In this document: piece by piece, positions 45,901 to 58,013 of the stretch
How the letters are laid out: each line of letters begins with the position of its first letter
Position numbering within the stretch: the first letter of the stretch is position 1
Assembly: GCA_002269645.1 (NCBI GenBank)
Contig: NIVC01000353.1
Coordinates: 1 to 64,000, forward strand
Origin: Macrostomum lignano
Taxonomy: Eukaryota
DNA length: 64,000 nt
Direction: 5' to 3'
Program-made: the position numbers and the translations under genes
Notes under the pieces: generated by a model
What the model was told of the DNA's origin: nothing
What the model saw: the letters and a program-made list of their open reading frames with translations, nothing else
Databases searched by the model: none

Positions 45901-48900
45901 GGCAATATTTTGCTTAAAAACGGAAAACGTCTCATCTAGCTAATTTACTCGGACTTTTTAGCGAAAACTACGATTTTCAAGCTCAATTCATGTCCGGGGG
46001 CACGTCTATCGCGTAAAAAATATATACTGTTTAGAAATTCATCCCTATGTTGCTACGTTGAAAAAATAACAATATTACTGTTTCCCAAAAAAATTCGTTT
46101 AGGTGAAGCGCCTCACTGAAGAAGAGCAGAAAGCCGCTAGGAAGGCAGCGGCTAAAGCCGCCGCCGCTGCCGCCGCTGCCGCCTCGACTGCCGCAGCTCA
46201 TCGCAAGCCGGGCGCTCTGCCGCCAGTTGCTGAAGGCAAACCTGGCGAAGCCGCCGGACGACCGGGAGCCTCATCCGACCGACTAACCGACCCCGTTGTT
46301 GGCCGCGGTGGCCGATTTGCCGGGACGCTAACCGGGGCAAGACGACCGGACTTTGGGGCAGCAGCCGCGACCCGGCCCGGCCGGTTCCAGCGTAGCTGGT
46401 CGGTCAGCGACGACGACGACGATGACGACGATGACAATGGAGATTCAAATTCTGGCGCCCGCGGTGGCCAACCGAAGCAGGACGATGCCGTTGAGTTGGC
46501 CAGCGCCGTCAGCGTTGGTTCAGCTTCGCCCAGACCGTCGGAAGATTTTGAAAGCACCGATTCGCTGGCTAATTACAAAATCACCGTGCCGGAGGAGCTG
46601 GTCAGGCGGGCCGCCACGGCGCTAAGCAGCAATCAGATGGTGGCCAGTCGCGTCGCGTCATCCATGGTGACCCGCACGGCGCCGCAGCCGCCTGGCGGGG
46701 GAGATGAAAATTTGGAATCCGGCGGACAGGAGGGCAGGACAAGAGAGCTGGCTGCCCATATGGCTAAGTAAGTTTATTAACAGTAGCATGTCGTGCCTTT
46801 TTATGAGATATGAAATTGCAGCAGAAATTCCATCGCTACTACATAGAACGGGTAGTAATCGAAAATTGTGACCATTAACCGATGTAACCTGCTCCTTGTG
46901 AAGACCTAATAGGCGTCTCACTGATTTTTACAAAAATGGTCAAATATGGACAATTCTTGATCAAACGGTTTTTACCTACTTTTTGGCACCTTTTGCATCA
47001 GTCGGTGATTTGATGATCGACTTAGTTGACGGCGGTCAAAGAGCTTCGAAATGTGTATGTATATGATTGGAAACCACTTAAACACTGCAGGCACAAGCTG
47101 ATGTCAGACACCGTCCACCTGCTCCTTGAACGCGGCGCCGACCCGAACGCATCTGCCGTCCCCTTTCCCGCCCTGTTCTTCGCGGTGAAGTCCGGCGACG
47201 TTGACATGACTCGCCAATTGCTGCTTCGCGGAGCCGACGTCCGTGCTCGTCTGGAGGCGTCGCGCGGCGGCTTAACGGCGCTGCACATTGCCGTCGCGCT
47301 GCCGGGCGAGCCGAGCGTCACCATCACGGAGCTGCTGCTGCACAGCCTGGCGTATCCTGACGCCCGAGCTGTGCTGGACGATTCCTTTCTCGATCGAACT
47401 ATGGAAGAGGATTGGTCGCGCGACGAGATCACGGACGAGCAGAAAATGCTTCTTGGCGGTAGGACTCCGCTGCAGATTGCTGCTTCGAGAGAGGATGAGC
47501 ACCGGGTGAGACTGGGGCCTCGGATTGGTAAATTTTTATCATAATTGCTATTGAAGATTGTTACAGGGGAAGGGTAGCTCAATGAGGGTATGCATGGATC
47601 GGGATTATCTGCTTGCCTCCTCGGCTGCGGATGGATCGTCGCCTCGATTTGCGTTGGTCAGCTCAAAACTTTGCTTGACTAAAACATAAAACGTGAATCA
47701 ATAAAAACTGTTACTATTTTCTTGCCCGAGGAACCAACGAAACCAAAATTGTTAAGGTAAAATTCTAATTTTTTCATTGATAAATCAAAATTAAGTAAGT
47801 GGCTTAGTCATCGTATTATTCTCTACTTCATATTATGTCACTCATTGTCATCACCGACCTGCATCTAAGCCGTGCACCATTCAGTGTTCAAAGTCAATGC
47901 ATAACAGAAACACAAACGCCCACAACGCGTTCTTCACTTCACATGTTTTATTGACTTGTAATAACCTCAGCGTAGCAACAAAGTATCAGCGTCGAGTCCA
48001 AATTCTTACCAAATAATTTCTCTGAATTTTCAGCGAGCCCACCAAATTGTTCGCCTATTGCTGGAACACAAGGCCAATCCCAATCTGCTTTGCAACGGAA
48101 ATAATGCTCTGACGCTGGCTGTTCAAAGCGGAAATGACGCAGTGAGTTCCCGTTGGTTTTAGCGCTATTGATCAACAAAGTCAATCATGAATCTTTAAAT
48201 CTTAAATCGTTAAGCAAGCAATCAAAGAAACTTACAAGATACGTAAAGTTTTAGCACCGCACAATGTTGAGTAGGACGAAAATTACTCCGTCATGAATAA
48301 TGCCTAGAGAGCATCCGTGTCCTTGTCAATTTAAAAATTCATAGTCCATTTCACTCTGAACTGAACACTTCGTTTCCCGCACACTTGTTTTTTGAATTAG
48401 TAATGATCCCCACATGTGATTCCCAGCTGCACTGACCTACGGGTTGAGCTAATTATACTTGTCTATTTACTAATTAAATCATGCAACTAATTTATCCGAT
48501 AAACAAACCGATAGTCACTGACCTGATGCATAAATCTGTAGCAACTCCGTCCCAAGCATGGCAGCGTCAGCACGATTCGGGAGCTTCTGGACTTTAATCG
48601 ACGCTTAGCCATGCTGGAGCCTCAAACTCTGATGCTCTCGGCAGCAGAGGGAAAAGCTCAGCAAAGTGCAACTTACAGTCCCAGACTGCAAGATGGCTCG
48701 GTCGATGACCATGTTTCGTCGAGAACCGATCCAGCAGATCTGATTGCTAATTTCATCGATAAGATGGACACACCCGAGATGGACAGTGTTCGTTAAAAGA
48801 TCACTCGCTACTTTATGAATAATTGCCAACGACACCATTAAACTGCACAATATTTATTATTCGTGTCTACTATATCACCCGCGTATATCAAACAATAGCT

Positions 48901-51900
48901 GCAAATATGTTCTGGTATCAGGACATCTCGAGACACTCTATGTTATTACCAAGGTCTTAATTATTACGAGCGAAATTACACAAGACAAAACCTAAAGTTA
49001 CACACTCACTTCAATTTACCGGTTTTTGGTCTTCAAACACAATTTATATTACTTCGGATTCACGTGCTACTCGAATTTAAATGAATTCACAATAATCACT
49101 TTAAAGCTCTATTCCATCACGTGCATGACAACACGGTAAACTAATTTTGATAAAGTAAATTTCACCAAACTTTTGCTAAACTTCAGGCCATAGACGAGCT
49201 GCTAGCCCACAATGCCAACGTCAACTTGGCTTTGTCTCACGGTGTCGGCAGTGCCCTCTGCGCAGCCTCCAACATCGCCTACGAGGATAAACGCCAACTT
49301 AGAGGCCGCCTGGATCTAGTGAGCGCTTGGGATACATTGAAAACCTTCACTGCTACTCCTGAAATACCTAACTAAACACTGTTTAGCCCCATTTTAGAAT
49401 CTAACCATTAGTTTCTAACCACCCATCAACTTCAGATCGACAAGCTCATGGACGCCGGCGCGGACATACTGCAGCCAATAGCCATTGGTGTCAAACGACA
49501 GCTTGGCACGGCTGTAGACTACGGATGGCAGTCCTACTACCTGGACAAGCGCGTAGCCTTCTCTCCCTACCATGCTCTCAACCCGGTTGAACGTCAAGCC
49601 TTCCAAGATCGCAACGTCGTGCTGAAGCATCTCAGCAATCGACTTCGCGAGAAGGCGGTAGAACGAGAACGGCGCCGGCTTGAAGAAGAAGAAGCTGACG
49701 GCGTTGTCAGTGAGTTCAATCGTCAGTTTTGTTTATTTGTTTGCTCGGAAATTTCAGAGTTCCAGACTTCTATCTAGGTCGGACACCAGCATGGGCTATA
49801 GAAGCACGCTGTGGCCTTGTGGGCATAATAAAATTCTAGAAAGTTCTAGGAAATTCTAGGAAACTACCACAGACAGTCTCGATTAATAGATTAATACGCT
49901 CGTAGAGCTTTCATCAAACCTGCAAAGGCTAACTCATTTTTGAGATTAAGTACTCTTACTTTTATCCAACCTTTCATTAAACTATATATGCAGCAAGCAT
50001 GTACTATTCAATTTTTAGATCACGAGAAAATCAAGGGTGAAGCAGAATTTTGCTGTAATATTTTCTCCTTGTTTACATATAAATGCTATGGTTTTCGTAG
50101 ATACACTGTACTACATCCTATTTCGTTGAGCTATGAGTTGAGCAAACTGTTTTTGTTATTCTGATTTTTGTTAAAAGGGTCTTTCATCTTCATAGTCACG
50201 TATTTCTCTGAGTCTTTAACTTTCCTTTTCATCCAAGATATTTTTGTTTGAATTTGAATTGAATTTAAATATCATAGATTCTCTAAGCGCGCCAATTTGA
50301 ATTGATCAATTTAAAGTAAGCAGACTAAAAAACAAATATTCTCTTTGACAACTTTCAAGGCCGCGGGCCGAGCGAGAATTTTGTGTACACTGGTGCGGGC
50401 GCTTCAATGCCGGGCACGCGCGACTCCGGTGACGAGTTTCTTCGTCAGCAGGAAGTCATCGTCCGGTGAGTTCTTCTCCTTCTGCTACTATAAGTAGGAT
50501 AATTCAAACATTCGGAAAACTAGTTTGGATTGTCAAGCGATTCACACCCTTGAAGACTAACTCCAAGTCACAGATAGTGTACATGCTGGACGATTAGAAA
50601 GTCTAGGCCGCTGTACACTTGTGTGAGCATCTGTGCATGCTCAGGTAACAGCGGAGTGCGTGATTCATAGGAGCTGCGTTTGCCAACACAATAACTGAAA
50701 AACCGAAAATTATTATTTAATTTCAGATTTAAAACCAGAAAAGAAAGGTTTGTATTATTAGTTAGAGCAATTTAGATTTTCTACTTATAATTTGTTATCT
50801 AAACTGTTTCAGCTTCAGTTTAAAAGCATCATTGTCAGTGTCTTCTTTTAGAAGCGCGGAGCGCTATTTCTTGAATAGCTAGACTAGACATAATCTATCA
50901 GTATTACTGCATCAATTCTTGCCAGAGTAGTATGATGCTTTTGTTTGTTTCAGAAATAGTAGCTTAGGCGAATATTTTTTATGTAAAAAATGGGGTTTGA
51001 CTGTTTGACTCTTATTTTAGTTCTTGGCTCAGTTATTGCTGTGTGGAAGCACTCCTTATGTTTGTCCTTGTTTATTAAAGATTATTTGAGAGGGCTTGTT
51101 TAATGGACCATCGAGGTTCTTGAGAATTTTTTAAGCCCAGTTTTTCACGCTGATGTCAGAATGTCTCTCTCTTCATTGGCTCTGATGTCAGAATGTCTCT
51201 CTCTCTTCATTGGTTCTGATGTCAGACTGTCTCTCTTTCTTCATTGGTTCTGATGTCAGACTGTCTCTCTTTCTTCATTGGCTCTGATGTCAGAATGTCT
51301 CTCTCTTTCTTCATTGGCTCTGATGTCAGAATGTCTCTCTCTTTCTTCATTGGCTCTGATGTCAGAATGTCTCTCTCTTTCTTCATTGGCTCTGATGTCA
51401 GACTGTCTCTCTCTTTCTTCATTGGCTCTGATGTCAGAATGTCTCTCTCCATCGGCTCTGATGTCAGACTGTCTCTCTCTCTTCATTGGTTCTGATGTCA
51501 GACTGTCTCTCTCCATCGGTTCTGATATTAGACTTTCCATTTTTTCCATTGTCTTTCCATTAGACTTTACATAATCTTCATCTCCTTGAATACATTAACC
51601 ATGAGTATCTGGCTGAAAAGACACGTAACCATCAAGAGAATCCCTCCACGACACAGGCGTCCAATTTTCAAGTACTGCTACGACTGCGGCCGATCAGTAG
51701 GCGTACGGTTGACTCCGTGCACTCGCTGCAAAGAGGTCTACTTCTGCGGCAAGGCCTGCAAAGTGCGCGCCTGGAACGACCGGCACAAAGACGAATGCCA
51801 ACGTGTTGGCGGCGGCGCCGGGGCCGCAGGTCGGAAAACCGACGCCAGTCGAATCGACAGTCCGACTCCGGCTACTGACGCGGACAGAGGCTTGAGCAAG

Positions 51901-54900
51901 CCGCGAGTTCGCGACCTGAGCAAACACCTGGCCGAACTGCGGATGCGCAATCCGATGAAAGGTCGCAGCAAGAGCGCCGTAGGAGCCGGCGTTGGAGGTG
52001 ATTTCTTGCTTCTGCAAATCACTTTTGATAATGGGGATGTCAACTTAATCAAACTGGAATGGAGCCAAAAGTTATTATCAGAATCAAAGTGACTATCTGG
52101 CTAGAAGCCATTGAGAGTACAAACCTTCTCCAAAGGAGGGACCTGCTGAGATGAAATGTCTCATTACCTGTGGTATTGCATCAATCAGTTGGATATTCAA
52201 TCTGATCTTTGTGAGGCATTGGGACAGACACTTAGGAGCTGGAAAGCTTCTGAGACAGACTGGGGTAGACACTAAGACAGGCATTTAGACAGACGCTACG
52301 ACAGACACCAGGACACCAATTAGACAGGCACTTGGACAGACACCGGGACACCAATTAGACAGACACTTAGACAGACACCAGGACACCAATTAGACAGACA
52401 CTTGGACAGACACCAGGACACCAATTAGACAGACACTTGGACACTAATTAGACAGGCACTTGGACAGACACCAGGACACCAATTAGACAGACACTTGGAC
52501 AGACACCAGGACACCAATTAGACAGACACCAGGACACCAATTAGACAGGCACTTGGACAGACACCAGGACACCAATTAGACAGACACTTAGACAGACACC
52601 AGGACACCAATTAGACAGACACTTAGACAGACACCAGGACACCAATTAGACAGACACTTAGACAGGCACTTGGACACCAATTAGACAGACACCAGGACAC
52701 CAATTAGACAGGCACTTGGACACCAATTAGACAGGCTCTTGGACACCAATTAGACAGACACCAGGACACCAATTAGACAGGCACTTGGACAGACACCAGG
52801 ACACCAATTAGACAGGCACTTGGACAGACAACAGGACACCATTTAGACAGACACTTGGACAGACACCAGGACACCAATTAGACAGGCACTTGGACAGACA
52901 ACAGGACACCATTTAGACAGACACTTGGACAGACACCAGGACACCAATTAGACAGACACTTGGACAGACAACAGGACACCAATTAGATAGGCACTTGGAC
53001 AGACACCGGGACACCAATTAGACAGACACTTAGACAGACACCGGGACACCAATTAGACAGGCACTTGGACAGACACCAGGACACCAATTAGACAGACACT
53101 TAGACTGACACCAGGACACCAATTAGACAGACACTTGGACAGACACCAGGACACCAATTAGACAGACACCAGGACACCAATTAGACAGACACCAGGACAC
53201 CAATTAGACAGGCACTTGGACACCAATTAGACAGGCACTTGGACAGACACCAGAACACCAATTAGACAGACACTTGGACAGACACCAGGACACCAATTAG
53301 ACAGACACCAGGACACCAATTAGACAGGCACTTGGACAGACACCAAGACACCAATTAGACAGACACTTAGACAGACACCAGGACACCAATTAGACAGACA
53401 CTTAGACAGACACCAGGACACCAATTAGACAGACACTTAGACAGGCACTTGGACACCAATTAGACAGACACCAGGACACCAATTAGACAGGCACTTGGAC
53501 ACCAATTAGACAGGCTCTTGGACACCAATTAGACAGACACCAGGACACCAATTAGACAGGCACTTGGACAGACACCAGGACACCAATTAGACAGGCACTT
53601 GGACAGACAACAGGACACCATTTAGACAGACACTTGGACAGACACCAGGACACCAATTAGACAGGCACTTGGACAGACAACAGGACACCATTTAGACAGA
53701 CACTTGGACAGACACCAGGACACCAATTAGACAGACACTTGGACAGACACCAGGACACCAATTAGACAGACACTTGGACAGACACCAGGACACCAATTAG
53801 ACAGACACTGGGACAGACACCAGGACACCAATTAGACAGACACTTGGACAGACACCAAGACACCAATTAGACAGACACTTGGACAGACACCAGGACACCA
53901 ATTAGACAGGCACTTGGACAGACACCAGGACACCAATTAGACAGACACTTGGACAGACACCAGGACACCAATTAGACAGACACTTGGACAGACACCAGGA
54001 CACCAATTAGACAGACACTTGGACAGACACCAGGACACCAATTAGACAGACACTTGGACAGACACCAGGACACCAATTAGACAGACACTTGGACAGACAC
54101 CAAGACACCAATTAGACAGGCCCTTGGACAGACACCAGGACACCAATTAGACAGACACCAGGACACCAATTAGACAGGCAATTGGACAGACACCAGGACA
54201 CCAATTAGACAGGCACTTGGACAGACACCAGGACACCAATTAGACAGGCACTTAGACTGACACCAGGACACCAATTAGACAGGCACTTATACTGACACCA
54301 GGACACCAATTAGACAGACACTTGGACAGACACCAGGACACCAATTAGACAGACACTTGGACAGACACCAGGACACCAATTAGACAGGCACTTGGACAGA
54401 CACCAGGATACCAATTAGACAGGCCCTTGGACAGACACCAGGACACCAATTAGACAGGCCCTTGGACAGACACCGGGACACCAATTAGACAGGCACTTGG
54501 ACAGACACCAGGACACTAATTAGACAGGCACTTGGACAGACACCAGGACACCAATTAGACAGACACTTGGACAGACACCAAGACACCAATTAGACAGACA
54601 CTTGGACAGACACCAGGACACCAATTAGACAGACACCAGGACACCAATTAGACAGACACCAGGACACCAATTAGACAGACACCAGGACACCAATTAGACA
54701 GGCACTTGGACAAACACCAGGACACCAATTAGACAGACACCAGGACACTAATTAGACAGGCACTTGGACAGACACCAGGACACCAATTAGACAGACACTT
54801 GGACAGACACCAGGACACCAATTAGACAGACACCAGGACACCAATTAGACAGACACCAGGACACCAATTAGACAGGCACTTGGACAAACACCAGGATACC

Positions 54901-55456
54901 AATTAGACAGGCATTTGGACAGACACCTGGACACCAATTAGACAGACACTTGGACAGACACACTAAGATGCACTAAGAATACCAAATCTTACGAACAAAA
55001 CAAAGAGTAGATAGCCAAGTCAACTAAGCATTGTAAGTCTCTTTGATGCTTTGTGCTAAGTAAGTCTTAGCCTTTCAATAGCTAGCTGAGCTTGACCACT
55101 CCAACTAAATGTAGTCCTTAACTACGCCTTCAGGTGCGAGAGACTTCTCACCTACGCACGGCGGCGGTAAGCTGCCACCGATCAAGGGCCAACACCAGCA
55201 GCAGCTCCTGATGCAGCAGCAGCAACAGCGCGCCCTACTCAACAGAAAGCTTCAACAGCAAGGTGGAAAAGCTGGCAATGGCACCGCAGCTGGCGGTTCG
55301 TCCCTTCCTGAGGGCGTCTCCTACAAGTACAGCAACGGGCGCTACATCCTGGTTGATTCGCTTGGCAGACCTCTTAAAGGTCCGTACTATCAGCAATTAA
55401 TGATGACGGGCATCGGCAGCGATGGCAGCCTGCCAGACAATTATAGCTTCGAGTGA
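42975..55456 (+). CDS. ANKMY1: Ankyrin repeat and MYND domain-containing protein 1 (N-terminal MORN repeats), about 1322 aa
   Basis: Exons 42975-43176, 43256-43350, 43677-44386, 44531-44813, 45363-45656, 46103-46767, 47091-47505, 48034-48141, 49187-49318, 49436-49709, 50360-50465, (50727-50747), 51657-51997 and 55134-55456; all GT-AG with consistent phases. Six full MORN repeats, ankyrin repeats ([34 protein letters not shown]), the GTAVDYG motif and a MYND finger [41 protein letters not shown]. This domain order matches ANKMY1. Confidence 0.9.
51150..51530. repeat. 36-bp minisatellite (TCTGATGTCAGAATGTCTCTCTCTTTCTTCATTGGC) in an ANKMY1 intron
   Basis: About 11 copies with a variable (CT)n core; contains the TCTGA-TG-TCAGA hairpin. 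Confidence 0.92.
52270..54960. repeat. 35-bp modular minisatellite (GACAGACACCAG-GACACCAATTA-GACAGACACTTG) in the last ANKMY1 intron
   Basis: About 2.7 kb built from 11-12-bp modules; 23-bp variants lack one module. The diagnostic variant GGCTCTT at 52734 and 53513 marks a 779-bp duplication. Confidence 0.95.
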
Positions 55457-56987
55457 CCTTGACCTTTGATTGGTCGCTACGTTGATGTCTTTTTGCAGTT
55501 TGAGAAGCTTAAAACCTCGCGATTTTGATATGGAGTATACCAGTGCAAGCTACAATGTTCAAAACTAGCCTGTGACAGTTTTCACACTCGATAATCTCTG
55601 GTCTAGACAGTTATATAGCTTTTGACCATAGACAGTAATTAGGAGCGTTCGATGGGTTATAAAATGAGTTTTAGTCGTCTGCCTATACATGTTAAAACGA
55701 GGCTGAATGGCATAGCAAGCCACCAGCTAAGAATGTCAATGGCCAAAAGCCTATTGATTTAGTGAAAATCTAGCGGGCGTGGCCTGAAACGCCAAGACTG
55801 TCTGTGGTAAATCTAAGTATACTGCTAGTAGTATATTAAAATGATGATAATTTAGGAGAATCGTTTAAACTATTGCAAGTAACAGACAGTTCTTTGTATG
55901 TTTCTGACGTTATTGTAGTAACATTTTAGATAATTCGTAGCTTTTAGACAGCCGTCCATTGTTGTTTTAATAGCTAAACAGAATCGTTTTAAGTTCAGAC
56001 TAGCGTGTACACGTATAGACTTTGATTGGTTGGATTTTTCCGTCAGCCTTTTTGTAATTTTGTTTTAAACTGAACTACTGCTGCTGTTGTGTGTGCGCGT
56101 GCCTTTCAGCACTTTATTTTCCAAGAAAGCACAATCTATGCTGCTGCGTTTCCTCTTTCGTTAGTTTTTGTTGCTTTCTTTTTCTATTTACAAATTTGAT
56201 TTTTTAAGTATCCCAATAAATATTTTGTTATACTAGCTTATATCTGAAATGGCTTAAAGAAAATGAAATATCGTGTAATTAAATATTCGAATTTTGTGCC
56301 GCTTCTCATACACTGCTGCTAATTATGACAAGAACTTTCATTTTCTGTCTATTTTTGCTATTAATGAAAACACGCTTTGTTTATCTGAATCCCAGTCGAT
56401 TGGCTAAACTGCTGAATAATATTTTAAATTGAAGGCCTAAGCGTTTTATCGTTGATTTTTTAATTTTAAAATTTTATTAATAGAAATGATTTTTTAGACA
56501 TGGCTGAACTTCTAAATCTGTATCATTATTTTGAATTCGCGTGTCTAAAATGTCTAGAATGCACTTTTATTTTGCGCCGTTAGTGATGTTACTTCTATAA
56601 GTCTGATTTATTTTTACGCAGCCAGGGACAGTTTCCCTGCTGCTAACGCTTCTCTGCTAAAGGCAACCCTATCTATAAGGACGCTTTCTTTGAAAAAAAC
56701 GGCTCCTTGTCAGAATAAATTATTTTGTTCTGCTTGCGAACAAATTATAATTTATTTGTCATTGTTACGCGCGCTATAAATTTAGATCTCTAATAGTTGC
56801 TTGATTTAGTTAGCAAGCCTTAATCTCTATACTGTGCTACGAAATAATCTTCTTAATGCTTCTAATGTTCAATAAAAACTATATTTTGATCATTTCGATG
56901 GATTAAATGTGCCGATGAGAAACTGTTTAAGGATTATGATAATCCTGATTTATTTCGATGCAACACAAGTGGGTGTTAACAAGATTT

Positions 56988-57137
56988 GGGGGCTTTAGCA
57001 CAAGGGACTTTAGCATCAGGGACTTTAGCACCAGGGACTTTAGCACCAGGGGCTTTAGCACCAGGGACTTTAGCACCAGGGACTTTAGCACCAGGGGCTT
57101 TAGCACCAGGGACTTTAGTACCAGGGACTTTAGCACC
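56988..57137. repeat. 15-bp minisatellite (GGGACTTTAGCACCA), about 10 copies
   Basis: Direct tandem copies; source of the LKSLV/FSTRD ORFs. Confidence 0.95.
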
Positions 57138-58013
57138 TGAATGCTTGGGTATTAATATAGAGGCGCCAGCACAAGGGGCGCAGTTTCATTTAACGGTCTC
57201 TAAAGCTGTTGTTTAGGGGCCAATCGTTTAAATGCAATTGTACCACATGGCCTGTTTGCTTGGCGAGCGAATTATCTGTGCCTGTTAACTTATTAACGAC
57301 CGCTAACAACAAGATGTCTATGGTCGAATCTCTATTAATCGCCCGCAAATAGTGGGCACTTAAGACTATCAACTGAACGAAAATTTCTGAAATTTATTTT
57401 GTCGAAAACAAAAATAGTCTATGGTGGTGAGTGGGGCTCCTTCCACAGGCCGCCATCACTAGCTGTCATTGTGATTGATATGAGCGTCCATCATAGAATG
57501 CTTGGGTATTAATATACGATAATCACATGCTCTGGCACGCTTAGCACGCATGAACTAAATTATACCGGTAGTGAGGAGGTCATTTTTTAACTGACTGTGC
57601 CTATAGCTTTCAATCTGAGTCTGCTTTCGTCATACTAATAACTATTCAGTAGAAAAAAACACAACACGAATGAAAGAGCGAGAGTTTTAGTGTCAGGCCA
57701 CACTGGTCACAACTCCTGGCTTGTATCGGCTCGCTATCTGCCAGCTAGTCAGCTCTGCACAGCTGAATGAAATTCTCAGAACTGCAGCCTGGCACAGCAG
57801 CAACTCGGCTAACACTGTCATTTGCCAATGCTTATCGCGATCCTCTTAGCAGTAAAAGCAGTGTTATCTGCTTTGCCAAGTCGAAGAGCCGTTGGTGAGA
57901 AAGTTACCGAAGTGAAAAAGGTTCAATAAAACAAGCAACTTTCATTTTCGAGGATTGGAAGTTTCCAATTTTATTGTTTTTTAATAGACAGCAGAAATAA
58001 CTGTGCAGTCTGA

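Noticed and set aside
51998-52092. ANKMY1 ending by read-through after the MYND exon (DFLLLQITF...SESK*)
   Set aside because: A phase-1 donor at 51998 joins in frame to a GC-rich, coding-like terminal exon at 55134-55456. Read-through remains possible as a minor isoform.
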